A stretch of 64,000 nucleotides of DNA from Deltaproteobacteria bacterium. GTDB taxonomy: Bacteria > Desulfobacterota > Binatia > UBA12015. The stretch covers positions 1 to 64,000 of the forward strand of contig JAYGCM010000063.1 of the NCBI GenBank assembly GCA_046583355.1, read 5' to 3'. Of the stretch, positions 40,550-51,071 are shown piece by piece; position 1 is the first letter of the stretch, and the number at the start of each line of letters is the position of its first letter. A program made the translations under genes and the position numbers. The notes below the pieces were generated by a model, which did no database searches, was not told the origin of the DNA, and worked only from the letters and a program-made list of their open reading frames with translations.

Positions 40550-41506
40550 ATGCCGGAAAAAGTCGTCTATATCGTGAGCCATGGACCGCATTGCCTCGAC
40601 GGGGCTGCGGCCGCCGCCAGCATCGCGCGCTTCTACGAGGGCAGTAAGGTCAAGGCTCATTTCCCCTCGAATAAAACAGTCGGCGATACCATCCGCCGTC
40701 TGCATCCGGCCAAAGGCGAGGAGCTCTGGATCACGGATATATCGTGGAACGACGATGCCACTGACGAGCACCTGCGCAAACTCATCGCCAAGGGCGTGAT
40801 CGTCCATTGGATCGATCACCACAAAACAGCGATCGAAAGACTCGAGCGCGGCGGCTACCAACTCGATTTCACGACCAAGATCGTCAGAGATGAGTTCTCA
40901 GCAGCCAAATTGACCTACGATCATCTCGCCGAGATCGGCGGCGAAGATGTCCCTGCGCGCTTCCGGGCGTTCGCCAAGATGGCCGATATCGCGGACGATA
41001 ACGACCGCTGGATCCATGCCATCGAAGGCTCACGCGACCTCGGCTTGGTCCTGCGCGCCCTGCCCGCACGCGAAGGCTATGAGGCCTTCGTCGCGATGGA
41101 CGACGACCTCGGCGACACGCCGGCCATGGCCGAAGCACGCACCCGGGTCAAGCAGGAACTCAAGCGCAACCGCAACCTCGCCAACGATACACGGGTCGAT
41201 CAAAAGCTCGGCGATACGACGCTGACCGCAGCGCTCTGCGATGGCTACTCCGGCGAGATCGCCGACGAATGGGGCCAGAATTGCAAACGCACGGCGTTTG
41301 CCCTCTTTGATGTACGCAGCCGAGCCATGTCGTTTCGCCGCTCGCCCGATTTCGACTTCGACCTCTCGCAACTCGCCGAGGCCTGCGGAGGAGGCGGACA
41401 CCCCGCCGCCTCGGGTGCGAATATCGAGGGACTGCCCGAGGCGCTCGGACGCGTCATCCTGGATGCCATCCGCGAACGCGGCAAAGACCTTCTGCCCGAC
41501 GATTAG
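40550..41506 (+). CDS. DHH/DHHA1 phosphoesterase
   Basis: SHGPHCLDG, ITDI, WIDHH, SFRR, GGGGHPAASG. Confidence 0.88.
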   Translation: MPEKVVYIVSHGPHCLDGAAAAASIARFYEGSKVKAHFPSNKTVGDTIRRLHPAKGEELWITDISWNDDATDEHLRKLIAKGVIVHWIDHHKTAIERLERGGYQLDFTTKIVRDEFSAAKLTYDHLAEIGGEDVPARFRAFAKMADIADDNDRWIHAIEGSRDLGLVLRALPAREGYEAFVAMDDDLGDTPAMAEARTRVKQELKRNRNLANDTRVDQKLGDTTLTAALCDGYSGEIADEWGQNCKRTAFALFDVRSRAMSFRRSPDFDFDLSQLAEACGGGGHPAASGANIEGLPEALGRVILDAIRERGKDLLPDD

Positions 41507-41590
41507 AAATCCGCCCGAATAGCGGGCGAGATTGACGCGTCGCCTGCGGCCGGGGACGCTATCGCCCGCCGCGCCAGATGCCGCTGGCCC

Positions 41591-42193
41591 CTATTGGTGG
41601 AGCACGCGGGTCTGCCAGAGGCTTTCGACCGAGGTGCGGAGCGCCGCAAGCGAGCCACCATTCTCAACCAGCACATCGGCGCGGGACCGGCGCTCGGCGT
41701 CGGACATCTGCTTGGCGGCGCGCGCATCGACCGCCTCGGCCGATAGGCCGCGAGCCGAAGCCAGGCGGTCACGAACCTGGCCCGACTCGGCTGCGACAAC
41801 CCAGACTTCGTCGGTCACGGCATCCCAGCCACTGTCGAGAAGAATAGCCGCTTCGAGCACGATCGCGCGCAGATCCGGCTGCAGGCGCGCCGCGGCAATG
41901 CGCGCCTCGACTGTCTGGCGGATCAGCGGGTGCACAATCGAGGTCAGGCGCTGCAATTCGCCTTCCTGCGAAAAGACCTTGGCGCCGAGCTTGGCCCGGT
42001 CGATGCCACCCTTCGCGTCAACGATTTCGGCACCAAAGGCTTCGACCACGGCTCGGAACCCCGCCGTACCGGGTTGGTAAACTTCGTGGCCGACCTTGTC
42101 GGCGTCAATGATTTCCGCGCCGAGTTCCTGCAAAATTCCGGCAACGACGCTCTTGCCTGCGCCGATGCCGCCGGTCAATCCGATGACGATCAT
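41591..42193 (-). CDS. coaE: Dephospho-CoA kinase
   Basis: IGLTGGIGAGKS, IDAD, IDRAKLG, IVHP. Confidence 0.95.
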   Translation of the reverse strand: MIVIGLTGGIGAGKSVVAGILQELGAEIIDADKVGHEVYQPGTAGFRAVVEAFGAEIVDAKGGIDRAKLGAKVFSQEGELQRLTSIVHPLIRQTVEARIAAARLQPDLRAIVLEAAILLDSGWDAVTDEVWVVAAESGQVRDRLASARGLSAEAVDARAAKQMSDAERRSRADVLVENGGSLAALRTSVESLWQTRVLHQ

Positions 42194-42250
42194 GGCGCGC
42201 CTTTAGCCGCTTCCCGCCAGCACGTCACGCTCCTGCTCAACGCGCCCGCG

Positions 42251-43543
42251 TTAAGGCGTGAGACGCTCGATCATCCGCGGGAAGGGAATCGTCTCGCGGA
42301 CGTGGTGCAGACCGCAGAGCCAGGCCACCGTGCGCTCGATGCCGAGGCCGAAACCGGCATGTGGCACGGAGCCATAGCGACGCAAATCAAGGTACCAATC
42401 GAAGGGTGCCGGATCGAGACCATGCTCGTGCAGGCGGGCCTCGAGCGCATCGAGGTCTTCTTCGCGCTGGCCGCCGCCGATGATTTCGCCATAGCCCTCC
42501 GGCGCGAGCACATCGACACAAAGCGCGAGCTTCTCATCTTCGGGGTCGGGCTTCATATAGAAGGCCTTGGCGGCGGCGGGGTAGCGGTGCACGATCAGCG
42601 GACGGTCGAATTTGCTGGCGAGAAAGGTCTCCTCCTCAGCACCGAGGTCCTCACCCCATTGCTTGTCGAAGCCGCCTGCCTGCAGGAGTGCCACAGCCTC
42701 GGTGTAGGTCATGCGCGGAAACGGCTTCTGCACACTCTCGAGTTTCGTCAGATCGCGCTTGAGGAGCGTGAGTTCCGTACGCCGCTCCTCAAGCACCTCC
42801 GCAATGATCGTGGTGAGGAAATCTTCGGCCAGATCCATATCGCCAGCCAGATCCATATAGGCCACCTCGGGCTCGAGCATCCAGAATTCCGTCAGATGCC
42901 GACGCGTCTTGGACTTCTCGGCACGAAAGGTCGGGCCCAGGCAATAGACCTTGCCAAGCGCCATCGCAGCCGCCTCCATATAGAGCTGGCCGCTTTGCGT
43001 GAGGTAGGCCGGCTCGCCGAAATAATCGACCTCAAAGAGAGTCGAGGTTCCCTCGCAGGCCGCCGGCGTGAAGATCGGCGCATCGACAAGAGTGAAATCA
43101 CGGGAGTCGAAATAGCGTCGTGACGCCGCGATCACACTCGCCCGCACGCGCAGGATCGCGTGCTGGCGGCCGGAGCGCAGCCAGAGATGACGGCGGTCGT
43201 GCAAGAAGGCCGTGCCATGCTCCTTGGGCGTGATGGGATATTCGCTGGCCGCGGCGACCACCTCGATATGCGAGACCGAGAGCTCGAAGCCGCCGCTGGC
43301 GCGACTATCCGCGCGCACCTCGCCCTGGACCATCACGGAGGTTTCCTGGGTCAGCGTCTTGGCGAGTGCAAAGAGCTCGTCGCCCGCCTCGGGACGAAAG
43401 ACCGTACATTGCATCGAGCCCGATCCGTCGCGGATCTGCAAAAAGACCAGCTTGCCGCTGGCGCGCTTGCCCCGCACCCAGCCGCTGAGCCGAACCGCGG
43501 AACCTTCGAACTCCCCTACATTTTCCACCCGTGCTGCCTGCAT
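42251..43543 (-). CDS. asnS: Asparagine--tRNA ligase
   Basis: [60 protein letters not shown]. Confidence 0.95.
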   Translation of the reverse strand: MQAARVENVGEFEGSAVRLSGWVRGKRASGKLVFLQIRDGSGSMQCTVFRPEAGDELFALAKTLTQETSVMVQGEVRADSRASGGFELSVSHIEVVAAASEYPITPKEHGTAFLHDRRHLWLRSGRQHAILRVRASVIAASRRYFDSRDFTLVDAPIFTPAACEGTSTLFEVDYFGEPAYLTQSGQLYMEAAAMALGKVYCLGPTFRAEKSKTRRHLTEFWMLEPEVAYMDLAGDMDLAEDFLTTIIAEVLEERRTELTLLKRDLTKLESVQKPFPRMTYTEAVALLQAGGFDKQWGEDLGAEEETFLASKFDRPLIVHRYPAAAKAFYMKPDPEDEKLALCVDVLAPEGYGEIIGGGQREEDLDALEARLHEHGLDPAPFDWYLDLRRYGSVPHAGFGLGIERTVAWLCGLHHVRETIPFPRMIERLTP

Positions 43544-43621
43544 ACCGCCGGTTTATGGCCCCTTCGGCCCTGGGGCAAACGCTACGGGCGCCAATGCCGC
43601 AGTGTGCCATGCGATCAGATC

Positions 43622-43672
43622 TTGACTCGCCCCGTACAAACCCCTATTAATTCATACTGAATAGGTCTGATT
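43622..43672 (+). promoter_or_regulatory. Sigma-70-like isc promoter with candidate Rrf2 operator
   Basis: TTGACT (43622)-N17-TATTAA (43645), followed by AT-rich ATTCATACTGAATAGGTCTGATT over the expected start site. Confidence 0.55.
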
Positions 43673-43719
43673 AGTCGGCCAACTGCCCCTTGGCAGATTC
43701 AAGACGGAGCTTTCCCGCC

Positions 43720-44973
43720 ATGCCTTCTGAAAAACGTAGAATCTACATGGACAATCACGCGACCACCCCGCTCGATCCGCGGGTTTTGGACGCCATGATG
43801 CCCTACCTCACGGACCGCTTCGGCAATGCGTCGAGCCGCAACCACCCCTTTGGATGGGAAGCGGAGACGGCTGTCGATGAGGCCCGTACCACGGCTGCCG
43901 GCCTGATCGGCGGCAAGGCCAAGGAAATCGTCTGGCTCTCGGGCGCAACCGAGTCCGACAACCTCGCGATCAAGGGCGTAACCGATTTCTACCAGGAAAA
44001 AGGTAACCACATCATCACTTGCGTCACCGAGCACAAGGCCGTGCTCGACACCTGCAAGACGCTGGAGCGCAACAAAAAGGCACGCATCACCTACCTCGGC
44101 GTCGACACCACCGGCCAAGTCGACCCCGAAGAGGTCCGCGCCGCGATCACCGACGAGACCATCCTCCTCTCCTTCATGCTCGCCAACAACGAAATCGGCA
44201 CGATCCACCCGATCCGCGAGATCGGCGCGATCGCCAAGGAAAAGGGCGTTCTCTTCCACTGCGATGCCACGCAAGGTTTCGGCCGCATCCCGATTGATGT
44301 GAACGACCTCGGCATCGACCTGCTCTCGGCCTCGGCCCACAAGATCTACGGTCCCAAGGGCGTCGGCCTGCTCTGGGTGCGCTCACGCGGCCCGCGCGTC
44401 CGCATCACCGGCCGGATCGATGGCGGCGGCCACGAGCGCGGCATGCGTTCGGGCACCTTGAATGTGCCCGGCATTGTGGGCTTCGCCAAGGCCATCGAAA
44501 TCTGCCAAGCCGAAATGGCCGAAGAAAACACCCGGATGCTGGCTCTGCGCGAGCGCCTCAACCGCCTCATCACCGACGAACTCGACGAGGTCTACCTCAA
44601 CGGCCACCCGAGCGAACGACTGGCCGGCAACCTCAACCTCAGCTTCGCCTATATCGAGGGCGAGTCCATGCTGATGGGTCTCAACGGCTCCGCACACCCC
44701 GACTATCCGGCCATCGCCGTCTCCTCGGGCTCGGCTTGTACCTCGGCCACCCTCGAGCCCTCGTATGTTCTGAAAGCTCTCGGCGTGGGCGACGAACTCG
44801 CTCATACCTCGATCCGCTTCGGCCTCGGCCGCTTCAATACCGAAGAAGAAGTCGACCAGGTGGCAGAACTCGTCATCAGCGAAGTACGTCGGCTGCGGGA
44901 ACTCTCACCGCTCTACGAAATGGCCCAAGAAGGCATCGACCTCAAAGATTATTTCGCCGGCATGAGTCACTGA
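43720..44973 (+). CDS. iscS: Cysteine desulfurase
   Basis: [31 protein letters not shown]. Confidence 0.96.
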   Translation: MPSEKRRIYMDNHATTPLDPRVLDAMMPYLTDRFGNASSRNHPFGWEAETAVDEARTTAAGLIGGKAKEIVWLSGATESDNLAIKGVTDFYQEKGNHIITCVTEHKAVLDTCKTLERNKKARITYLGVDTTGQVDPEEVRAAITDETILLSFMLANNEIGTIHPIREIGAIAKEKGVLFHCDATQGFGRIPIDVNDLGIDLLSASAHKIYGPKGVGLLWVRSRGPRVRITGRIDGGGHERGMRSGTLNVPGIVGFAKAIEICQAEMAEENTRMLALRERLNRLITDELDEVYLNGHPSERLAGNLNLSFAYIEGESMLMGLNGSAHPDYPAIAVSSGSACTSATLEPSYVLKALGVGDELAHTSIRFGLGRFNTEEEVDQVAELVISEVRRLRELSPLYEMAQEGIDLKDYFAGMSH

Positions 44974-44997
44974 GACCGGACAAAAGGAAAAACAAAA

Positions 44998-45393
44998 ATG
45001 GCAAGCTATAGCGACAAAGTTCTCGACCATTATGCGAATCCCCGCAACGTCGGCTCGTTCGACAAAAACGACAAAAGCGTAGGCACCGGCATCGTCGGGG
45101 CCCCCGAATGCGGCGACGTGATGAAGCTCCAACTCAAGATCAGCAGCGACGGCATCGTCGAAGACGCGAAGTTCAAAACCTTCGGGTGTGGCAGCGCGAT
45201 TGCCAGCTCGAGCTATGTGACCGAACTGGTCAAGGGCAAGAACGTCGATGAGGTCGCCGAGATCAGCAACGCGATCATCGTAGAGGAACTCTCCTTGCCG
45301 CCGGTGAAAATCCATTGCTCCGTGCTCGCCGAAGACGCCATCAAGGCCGCGGTCAACGACTGGAAATCTCGCCAGGGCGGCGACGACTCCTAA
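44998..45393 (+). CDS. iscU: Fe-S scaffold protein
   Basis: GAPECGD, FGCGSA, LPPVKIHC. Confidence 0.97.
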   Translation: MASYSDKVLDHYANPRNVGSFDKNDKSVGTGIVGAPECGDVMKLQLKISSDGIVEDAKFKTFGCGSAIASSSYVTELVKGKNVDEVAEISNAIIVEELSLPPVKIHCSVLAEDAIKAAVNDWKSRQGGDDS

Positions 45394-45423
45394 CCCCGAA
45401 CACCGGCATTCAAGGAGAAGAAC

Positions 45424-45762
45424 GTGGCGAGCGTAGCCAGAGGCATCACACTCAGCGACCAGGCGATCGTCAAGATCCATACGCTGATTCCCGAAGATGT
45501 GCGTGAGTCCAAGGGCTTGCGCGTAAAAGTCGTCGGCGGCGGCTGCTCGGGTCTTTCCTACAAAATGGACCTCGACGAGGAACGCAAAGGCGACCGAATC
45601 TTCGAGCGTGACGGCGCGCGCATCATCATAGACCGCAAAAGCTACCTCTACCTCAACGGTACCGAGCTCGATTATAGCGACGACCTGATGTCCTCGGGGT
45701 TTCAGCTCAACAACCCGAACGTGAACCGCACCTGTGGCTGCGGTCAATCGTTCGGAATCTAG
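45424..45762 (+). CDS. iscA: A-type Fe-S carrier
   Basis: GGGCSG, NPN, CGCGQSF. Confidence 0.95.
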   Translation: MASVARGITLSDQAIVKIHTLIPEDVRESKGLRVKVVGGGCSGLSYKMDLDEERKGDRIFERDGARIIIDRKSYLYLNGTELDYSDDLMSSGFQLNNPNVNRTCGCGQSFGI

Positions 45763-45771
45763 GCTCCCGCC

Positions 45772-46407
45772 ATGGCGCGGATTCGCTGCTGGCACTGCTC
45801 GAATACGCAGACGCCGGCCTTCTTCTGCACCAGCTGCGGTACCGTGCAGAACCTGCCGGGCAATGCCGACTACCTCGATGTACTCGGCCTGCCCTCGCAT
45901 CCGGCCATCGACACCGAAGCCTTGCAGGAGACGTATTATGCGCTCAGCCGTCGCCTCCACCCCGACCGCTTCGCCACCGGATCGCCCGAAGAGCTACAAG
46001 CCAGCGTAAGCAGCACGGCCTTTTTGAATTCCGCCTGGAAAACCCTGCGCGACCCCGAAGCCCGCGGGCGCTGGTGGCTCGCGCGCCAAGCCGAAGCTCT
46101 GGGCCGCGACAATAATAGCGTCCCACCGGCCATCGCGGCATTGGTCTTCGGGGTCCAGGAAGAGCTGGACGAAGCCAAGAGCTCGGACGCAGCCGCAGTG
46201 TCGCGCATCGAAAAAATCCGCGCCTCGCTGGAAGCACGCCGCGGCGTCGACCTCGCGGCCCTGGAAGCTCAGCTGGCGGACTGGCCCGCCGATGCCCCTG
46301 CGGCCACCGAAAAAAGCCAGCTGGCCGACCTGAAAAGCCGGCTCGCCGAACTCTCCTATCTCGCCACCTTGCGCCGCGATGTAACGCGCGCACTTGAGGA
46401 ATTGTGA
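45772..46407 (+). CDS. hscB: Co-chaperone with N-terminal tetracysteine motif
   Basis: CWHC...FCTSC, J-domain HPD, position in the isc operon. Confidence 0.9.
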   Translation: MARIRCWHCSNTQTPAFFCTSCGTVQNLPGNADYLDVLGLPSHPAIDTEALQETYYALSRRLHPDRFATGSPEELQASVSSTAFLNSAWKTLRDPEARGRWWLARQAEALGRDNNSVPPAIAALVFGVQEELDEAKSSDAAAVSRIEKIRASLEARRGVDLAALEAQLADWPADAPAATEKSQLADLKSRLAELSYLATLRRDVTRALEEL

Positions 46408-46408
46408 A

Positions 46409-48241
46409 ATGCCCCCGATTATCGGAATTGACCTGGGTACGACGAACTCGCTTGTCGGCTGGCTGAAAGACGGCAAGCCGGAACTCATCGGCGATGCCAG
46501 GAGCGGCCGCCTGATGGTTCCGTCCGCCGTCTCGCTTCTGCCCGACGGAAGCTTTCTCGTCGGCGAGACCGCGCGCGAACGCGCCGCCCTCCACCCGGAG
46601 GCATCGCTGCTCTCCATGAAGCGCTTCATGGGGATCGGCCTTGAGCATATCGATGCGGACGACCGAAAACGCTTCTCCTTCGCCGATACCGCCGGTGTCT
46701 TGCGCCTGCAGGTCCGCGCCGAGGAAGCCAGCGAGCTGCTCACACCGCCCGAGGCCTCCTCGCTGATATTGCGCGAACTCAAGCGCCGCGCCGAAGAACA
46801 TATCGGGGAGAAGGTCGAGCGTGCGGTCATCACAGTGCCTGCGTATTTCGACGATAGCCAGCGCCAAGCCACCCGCGATGCCGCCCGGTTGGCCGGGCTC
46901 GATGTCTTGCGCCTGGTCGGCGAGCCGACCGCAGCGGCCTTGGCCTACGGCCTGGAAAAAGAAGAAGAAGCCGTAGTCGCGGTCTTCGACCTCGGCGGTG
47001 GCACCTTCGATATTTCGATTCTGCAATTGCGGCAGGGGCTCTCCGAAGTTCTCGCCACCGGCGGTGATACCCGACTCGGCGGCGACGATTTCGACCACCG
47101 CATCGCCGACCTGCTGCGCGGCAAGATCGAACTCAGCGAAGACGAGCAGGCCGACCCGCGTACCCACTCGCTGCTGCTCGCCGCCGCCATCCGCGCCAAG
47201 CATGCGCTCAGCGAAGAGACCACGACCAGGCTGGATATTGCCTTACCCGGCGGCACGCGAGTTGTGGAACTCACGCGCGCGGCCTTTGACGAGGCCATTA
47301 CCGACCTCGTCGATCGCATGCTGAAGCATTGCCAGCGCACGCTCAGCGACGCCGGCCGCAGCACCGGCGAGATCGACCAGATCATTCTCGTGGGCGGCTC
47401 CACCCGTGTACCCCTGGTCAAGAGCCGAACCAGCGAGTTCTTCGGCCGCGCCTGCCTGGACGATGTCGACGCCGATGGCGTCGTCGCCATGGGCGCCTCG
47501 ATCCAAGCCGGGATTCTCTCCGGTGGCAGCAGCGATATGCTCTTGCTCGATGTCGTGCCGCTATCGCTCGGCATCGAGACAATGGGCGGCGTCCTCTCGC
47601 GTCTGATCGACCGCAATACTACAATCCCGGCGGCCGCGCGCGAGCAATTCACCACCGCCGTCGACAACCAGACCCACGTCGATATTCATGTTCTACAAGG
47701 CGAGCGCGAGCTCGCCGGTGATTGCCGTAGCCTGGCGCGCTTCCGCATACCGATTCCGCCGCAGGTGGCCGGACTGCCGCGAGTCGAGGTTACGTTCATC
47801 ATTGACGCCAACGGCATCCTCTCGGTTTCGGCGCGCGACGAGCATACCAACGCCGAACAATCGGTGGAGGTGAAACCCAGCTATGGCCTGGACGACGACG
47901 CCATCGAGACAATGATCGAAGAAAGCTTTGATCTGGCCGAAGAAGATTTCGCCGCGCGCCAACTCATCGAGGCCAGGGTCGAGGCCGAGACCCTATTGCA
48001 TGGCGCCGACAGCGCCCGCGAGTCGCATGGGCAGCTGCTCAACGACGAGGAGCGCACGGCGATCGAGGCCGCGGCTGTTGCTCTCCGCGAGGCCTGCGCG
48101 CAGGACGATTATAATATCATCCGCGACCGAACCGAGGAGCTCAACGAGGCCAGCGGAAACTTTGCCCAGCGCATCATGGATGCGTCAATCAAAGTCGCCG
48201 TCGAGTCCCGCAATGTCAGCGAGTTGGTGGGGGAAGCATGA
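46409..48241 (+). CDS. hscA: Hsp70-family Fe-S chaperone
   Basis: GIDLGTTNS, TVPAYF, DLGGGTFD, PLSLGIETMGG; isc context. Confidence 0.92.
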   Translation: MPPIIGIDLGTTNSLVGWLKDGKPELIGDARSGRLMVPSAVSLLPDGSFLVGETARERAALHPEASLLSMKRFMGIGLEHIDADDRKRFSFADTAGVLRLQVRAEEASELLTPPEASSLILRELKRRAEEHIGEKVERAVITVPAYFDDSQRQATRDAARLAGLDVLRLVGEPTAAALAYGLEKEEEAVVAVFDLGGGTFDISILQLRQGLSEVLATGGDTRLGGDDFDHRIADLLRGKIELSEDEQADPRTHSLLLAAAIRAKHALSEETTTRLDIALPGGTRVVELTRAAFDEAITDLVDRMLKHCQRTLSDAGRSTGEIDQIILVGGSTRVPLVKSRTSEFFGRACLDDVDADGVVAMGASIQAGILSGGSSDMLLLDVVPLSLGIETMGGVLSRLIDRNTTIPAAAREQFTTAVDNQTHVDIHVLQGERELAGDCRSLARFRIPIPPQVAGLPRVEVTFIIDANGILSVSARDEHTNAEQSVEVKPSYGLDDDAIETMIEESFDLAEEDFAARQLIEARVEAETLLHGADSARESHGQLLNDEERTAIEAAAVALREACAQDDYNIIRDRTEELNEASGNFAQRIMDASIKVAVESRNVSELVGEA

Positions 48242-48561
48242 AACATCGCGTGACCTTCTTGAAAGAGAACATCACCGTCACGGTCGATGACCAGGAATAT
48301 CCCTACGGCCACGACGGCAAACCGGGCTCGCTTCTCGATATCGCGCAAGGTGCGGGCATCGATCTGGACCATAATTGCGGTGGCAGTTGTGCGTGTGTCA
48401 CCTGCCATGTCATCGTGCGCAAGGGTGAGGAGAACCTCTCGGAGATGGCCGATGACGAAGAAGACAAACTCGACGAGGTACCCGGCCTCAAACCGAGCTC
48501 GCGGCTGGGCTGCCAGGCCGTGGTGCAGGGCGATGTCGAGATCGAGATCCCCGAGATCTGA
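48238..48561 (+). CDS. fdx: ISC-type 2Fe-2S ferredoxin
   Basis: CGGSCACVTCH...SRLGCQ. Confidence 0.93.
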   Translation: MKHRVTFLKENITVTVDDQEYPYGHDGKPGSLLDIAQGAGIDLDHNCGGSCACVTCHVIVRKGEENLSEMADDEEDKLDEVPGLKPSSRLGCQAVVQGDVEIEIPEI

Positions 48562-48585
48562 GAACAGGATAGAAGGAGAGCCCCC

Positions 48586-49047
48586 ATGCCATTGATGCAA
48601 GTCAGCCGACGCCTCGACTACGCGCTGCGAGCCGCGCTTCATCTGGCCCGCCAGGCGCCGGACCATACCTGCTCGGTTGCCGAGATATCGGCAACCGAGA
48701 GCGTACCGAAAAAATTCCTCGAAAAGATCCTCCAGGATCTCATTCGCCGGGGCATAGTGCGCTCCAAGCGCGGCGCGCACGGTGGCTACCTGCTGGCCAA
48801 AGCGCCCAGCGAGATCTCGTTTCGCGACGTCATGGAGGCAGTCGAGGGGCCGCTGGCCCTGAATGTCTGCGTCGGCGAGGGCGACCATACGCTCTGCTCG
48901 GTGAGCAGTGGCTGCGGCATGCAGCATATATGGGCCGAGGGTCAGCGCCGCCTGGTCGACCTCTTCAGCAAGACCCGATTATCCGATCTCGCCTTGCGTC
49001 CGGGGATCCCTGCCGAAATTCTGCAAAGATCGCTACCCGAAGGCTGA
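48586..49047 (+). CDS. Rrf2-family regulator (IscR-like, three Cys)
   Basis: DYALRA, KFLEKIL, SKRGAHGGY, C-x8-C-x5-C. Confidence 0.9.
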   Translation: MPLMQVSRRLDYALRAALHLARQAPDHTCSVAEISATESVPKKFLEKILQDLIRRGIVRSKRGAHGGYLLAKAPSEISFRDVMEAVEGPLALNVCVGEGDHTLCSVSSGCGMQHIWAEGQRRLVDLFSKTRLSDLALRPGIPAEILQRSLPEG

Positions 49048-49078
49048 ATACCGTGGCGGGCCGGCCGTCTGAGAGGGC

Positions 49079-49486
49079 ATGGAATATTCGGTCCTCACAC
49101 GAGACGATACCGACACCGCGCTGCTCTTGCCCGAAGTCGTGACACCCGGGCAATTTGCCGGTCTCTTCGCGATCCCCGCTTGGAAATCCGGCGAGCACCG
49201 CCTTTTGGCCGCCGTTCTTCAAGATGGCCTTGAAACCTTTCAGAAATACGCATTCTCAGGCGACGAGACCGGCCGCGCCCTCTTTGCCGAGGCGAGGCGC
49301 TGGATCACAGACGCCTCCCGCGCAGGCCTCTTCTGCTTTGGCAGTATCTGCGACACTCTCGATATCAACGGCGAATACCTGCGTGACGGCCTGCTGACCT
49401 GGTTCGAACAGAATCGGGCCCGGCCCATCCGCATTCCCGCCCGCCACCTCGGAGATCCACGGCGCCGCATCCAACGCGCCGCCTGA
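49079..49486 (+). CDS. Hypothetical protein
   Basis: GAGAGG RBS; RLLAAVLQDG...EARRWI...FCFGSICDTLDINGEYLR. Confidence 0.75.
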   Translation: MEYSVLTRDDTDTALLLPEVVTPGQFAGLFAIPAWKSGEHRLLAAVLQDGLETFQKYAFSGDETGRALFAEARRWITDASRAGLFCFGSICDTLDINGEYLRDGLLTWFEQNRARPIRIPARHLGDPRRRIQRAA

Positions 49487-49520
49487 TCGCCTTGTATCTG
49501 CCAGCTCTTCGGGCAGATCG

Positions 49521-49567
49521 GGCACCTGCCACTCTCAATTCCCCCGAGAGTGGTAGGTGCCTTTTTT
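49521..49567 (+). terminator. Rho-independent terminator
   Basis: GGCACCTGCCACTCTC / GAGAGTGGTAGGTGCC 16-bp stem (one G-U pair) followed by TTTTTT. Confidence 0.88.
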
Positions 49568-49635
49568 GTCTTGGATGTGCGGTCTAGAGCCTTGCCGCAA
49601 CAAGGGTTTACCCCTACAATCGTACGGAGACTCCT

Positions 49636-49956
49636 ATGCCTGTCGTGTCCTACCCGCCGTGCCCGACCTGCGGCGAAAAGCTCGTCCGCAAGCCGCGTGG
49701 CCGCTGCCCGAATTGTGGTGTGAAAATCGCTACTTTCGTGGTCGATGCGCGCGCCCGCGAAGAAAAAATCGAGAAATTCATTGCGATCCTCTCGACCATC
49801 ATGGTCGTGACCGTGCTCTTCCTCGGCGGCGGGTTCGGCATTCTCGAGGGAATCCTGATGTACGCCGCGGCCGGTGCCATCGTCTGGTACCTCGCCAAGG
49901 GAACGTTCTGGAGCCAGACTCTCGTCGAGGCACCCCCCGAAACAAAGGAAGAATGA
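49636..49956 (+). CDS. Zinc-ribbon protein with two TM helices
   Basis: CPTC...CPNC followed by two hydrophobic helices; GGAG RBS. Confidence 0.72.
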   Translation: MPVVSYPPCPTCGEKLVRKPRGRCPNCGVKIATFVVDARAREEKIEKFIAILSTIMVVTVLFLGGGFGILEGILMYAAAGAIVWYLAKGTFWSQTLVEAPPETKEE

Positions 49957-49959
49957 CTC

Positions 49960-50523
49960 GTGTACGGATTGGTCAACAAAGCAGTGCAAGATCTTCTGGT
50001 CCGGGAGCATGGCGAGGAGGTTTGGCAACAAGTCTGCAAACGCGCCGGCTGGGACGGCGAGACCTTCGTTCGGATGAATTCCTACGACGACGACGTCACC
50101 TACCGCCTGGTCACGGCGGCAGCCGAGACGCTGGGCGTCCCCGCGCATGACATCCTGCGCGCCTTCGGGCGCTATTGGGTCGAGTACACCTCACGCGAAG
50201 GCTACGGCGATCTGCTGCGCATGTCCGGGCGCAATACCATCGAGTTGCTGGAGAATCTCGACACCATGCATAGCCGTGTCGGCCTGCAATACCCCGATTT
50301 GAAGCCACCCTCGTTCCGCGTCACCGACCGCGACGGCGAGCGGCTTCGCCTGCACTACATCTCGCACCGGCCCGGATTGGCACCGATGGTTCTTGGCCTG
50401 GTCGAAGGGCTCGGGACACTCTTCGGCGAAGAGATCGAAATCGAACTGGATCGATCACGCGAAGACGGGGCCGAGCACGATGAGTTCCTGGTTCGTATCC
50501 GGGGCGGCGGCGATGCCGCCTGA
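49960..50523 (+). CDS. H-NOX (HNOB) heme NO-binding protein
   Basis: MYGLVNKA, GEEVW, YDDDVT, FGRYW, proximal His LDTMH, PPSF, YxSxR (YISHR). Confidence 0.94.
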   Translation: MYGLVNKAVQDLLVREHGEEVWQQVCKRAGWDGETFVRMNSYDDDVTYRLVTAAAETLGVPAHDILRAFGRYWVEYTSREGYGDLLRMSGRNTIELLENLDTMHSRVGLQYPDLKPPSFRVTDRDGERLRLHYISHRPGLAPMVLGLVEGLGTLFGEEIEIELDRSREDGAEHDEFLVRIRGGGDAA

Positions 50524-51043
50524 ACCTCCACGCTTCGGTTTGGCGGCGCAAGCCTTCACCGCCGCCTTCCCCTTCCACCTGGTCTTGAACCGCGAATTGG
50601 AAGTCGTGCAAAGCGGGCCGGTGATCCAGCGGCTCTGTCCGGGGTTGTTGGCCGGCGGACCCTTCCGCATGCATTTTCAGCTTCGCCGCCCGGCAGTCCA
50701 GCCGACCTGGGACGCACTGACAAACCAGACGCAATCTCTCTTCCTGCTGGAAGGGAACCGCCCCGGCCTGCTGCTGCGCGGGATGATGGTCGAACTCGAC
50801 GATGGCGAGCACCTCGCCTTCCTCGGCTCGCCCTGGCTGACCAGTGTGGGTGAACTCGAAGCGCTCGGACTCTCCTTACACGAATTCGCCGTGCACGATC
50901 CGATCGCCGACCTGCTCTTCCTGATTCAAACCAAGGATCATGGCCTCGACGATGCCAAAGCCCTGAGCGCAGAATTGCGTAAGGCGAAGAATACCGCAGA
51001 AGCGAAACTGCGGGAATATACACGCGACCCCGAAACCCGCTGA
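50513..51043 (+). CDS. Stand-alone HNOBA (H-NOX-associated PAS) protein with no output domain
   Basis: AFPFHLVLNREL...FQLRRP...LRGMM...FLGSPW...GLSLHEFAVHD, then a short helix and stop. Confidence 0.85.
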   Translation: MPPEPPRFGLAAQAFTAAFPFHLVLNRELEVVQSGPVIQRLCPGLLAGGPFRMHFQLRRPAVQPTWDALTNQTQSLFLLEGNRPGLLLRGMMVELDDGEHLAFLGSPWLTSVGELEALGLSLHEFAVHDPIADLLFLIQTKDHGLDDAKALSAELRKAKNTAEAKLREYTRDPETR

Positions 51044-51071
51044 GAGCCGCCCGTCGCGCCGCACCGGACCT

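Noticed and set aside
43935..43956. SGAT in IscS as a flavinylation site
   Set aside because: This is the conserved desulfurase SGATE motif in a cytoplasmic enzyme.
46409..48241. Calling the Hsp70 dnaK
   Set aside because: The position between hscB and fdx indicates hscA.
51009..51024. TGCGGGAATATACACG as another TAGG-N8-CCTA box
   Set aside because: Too degenerate and inside coding sequence.
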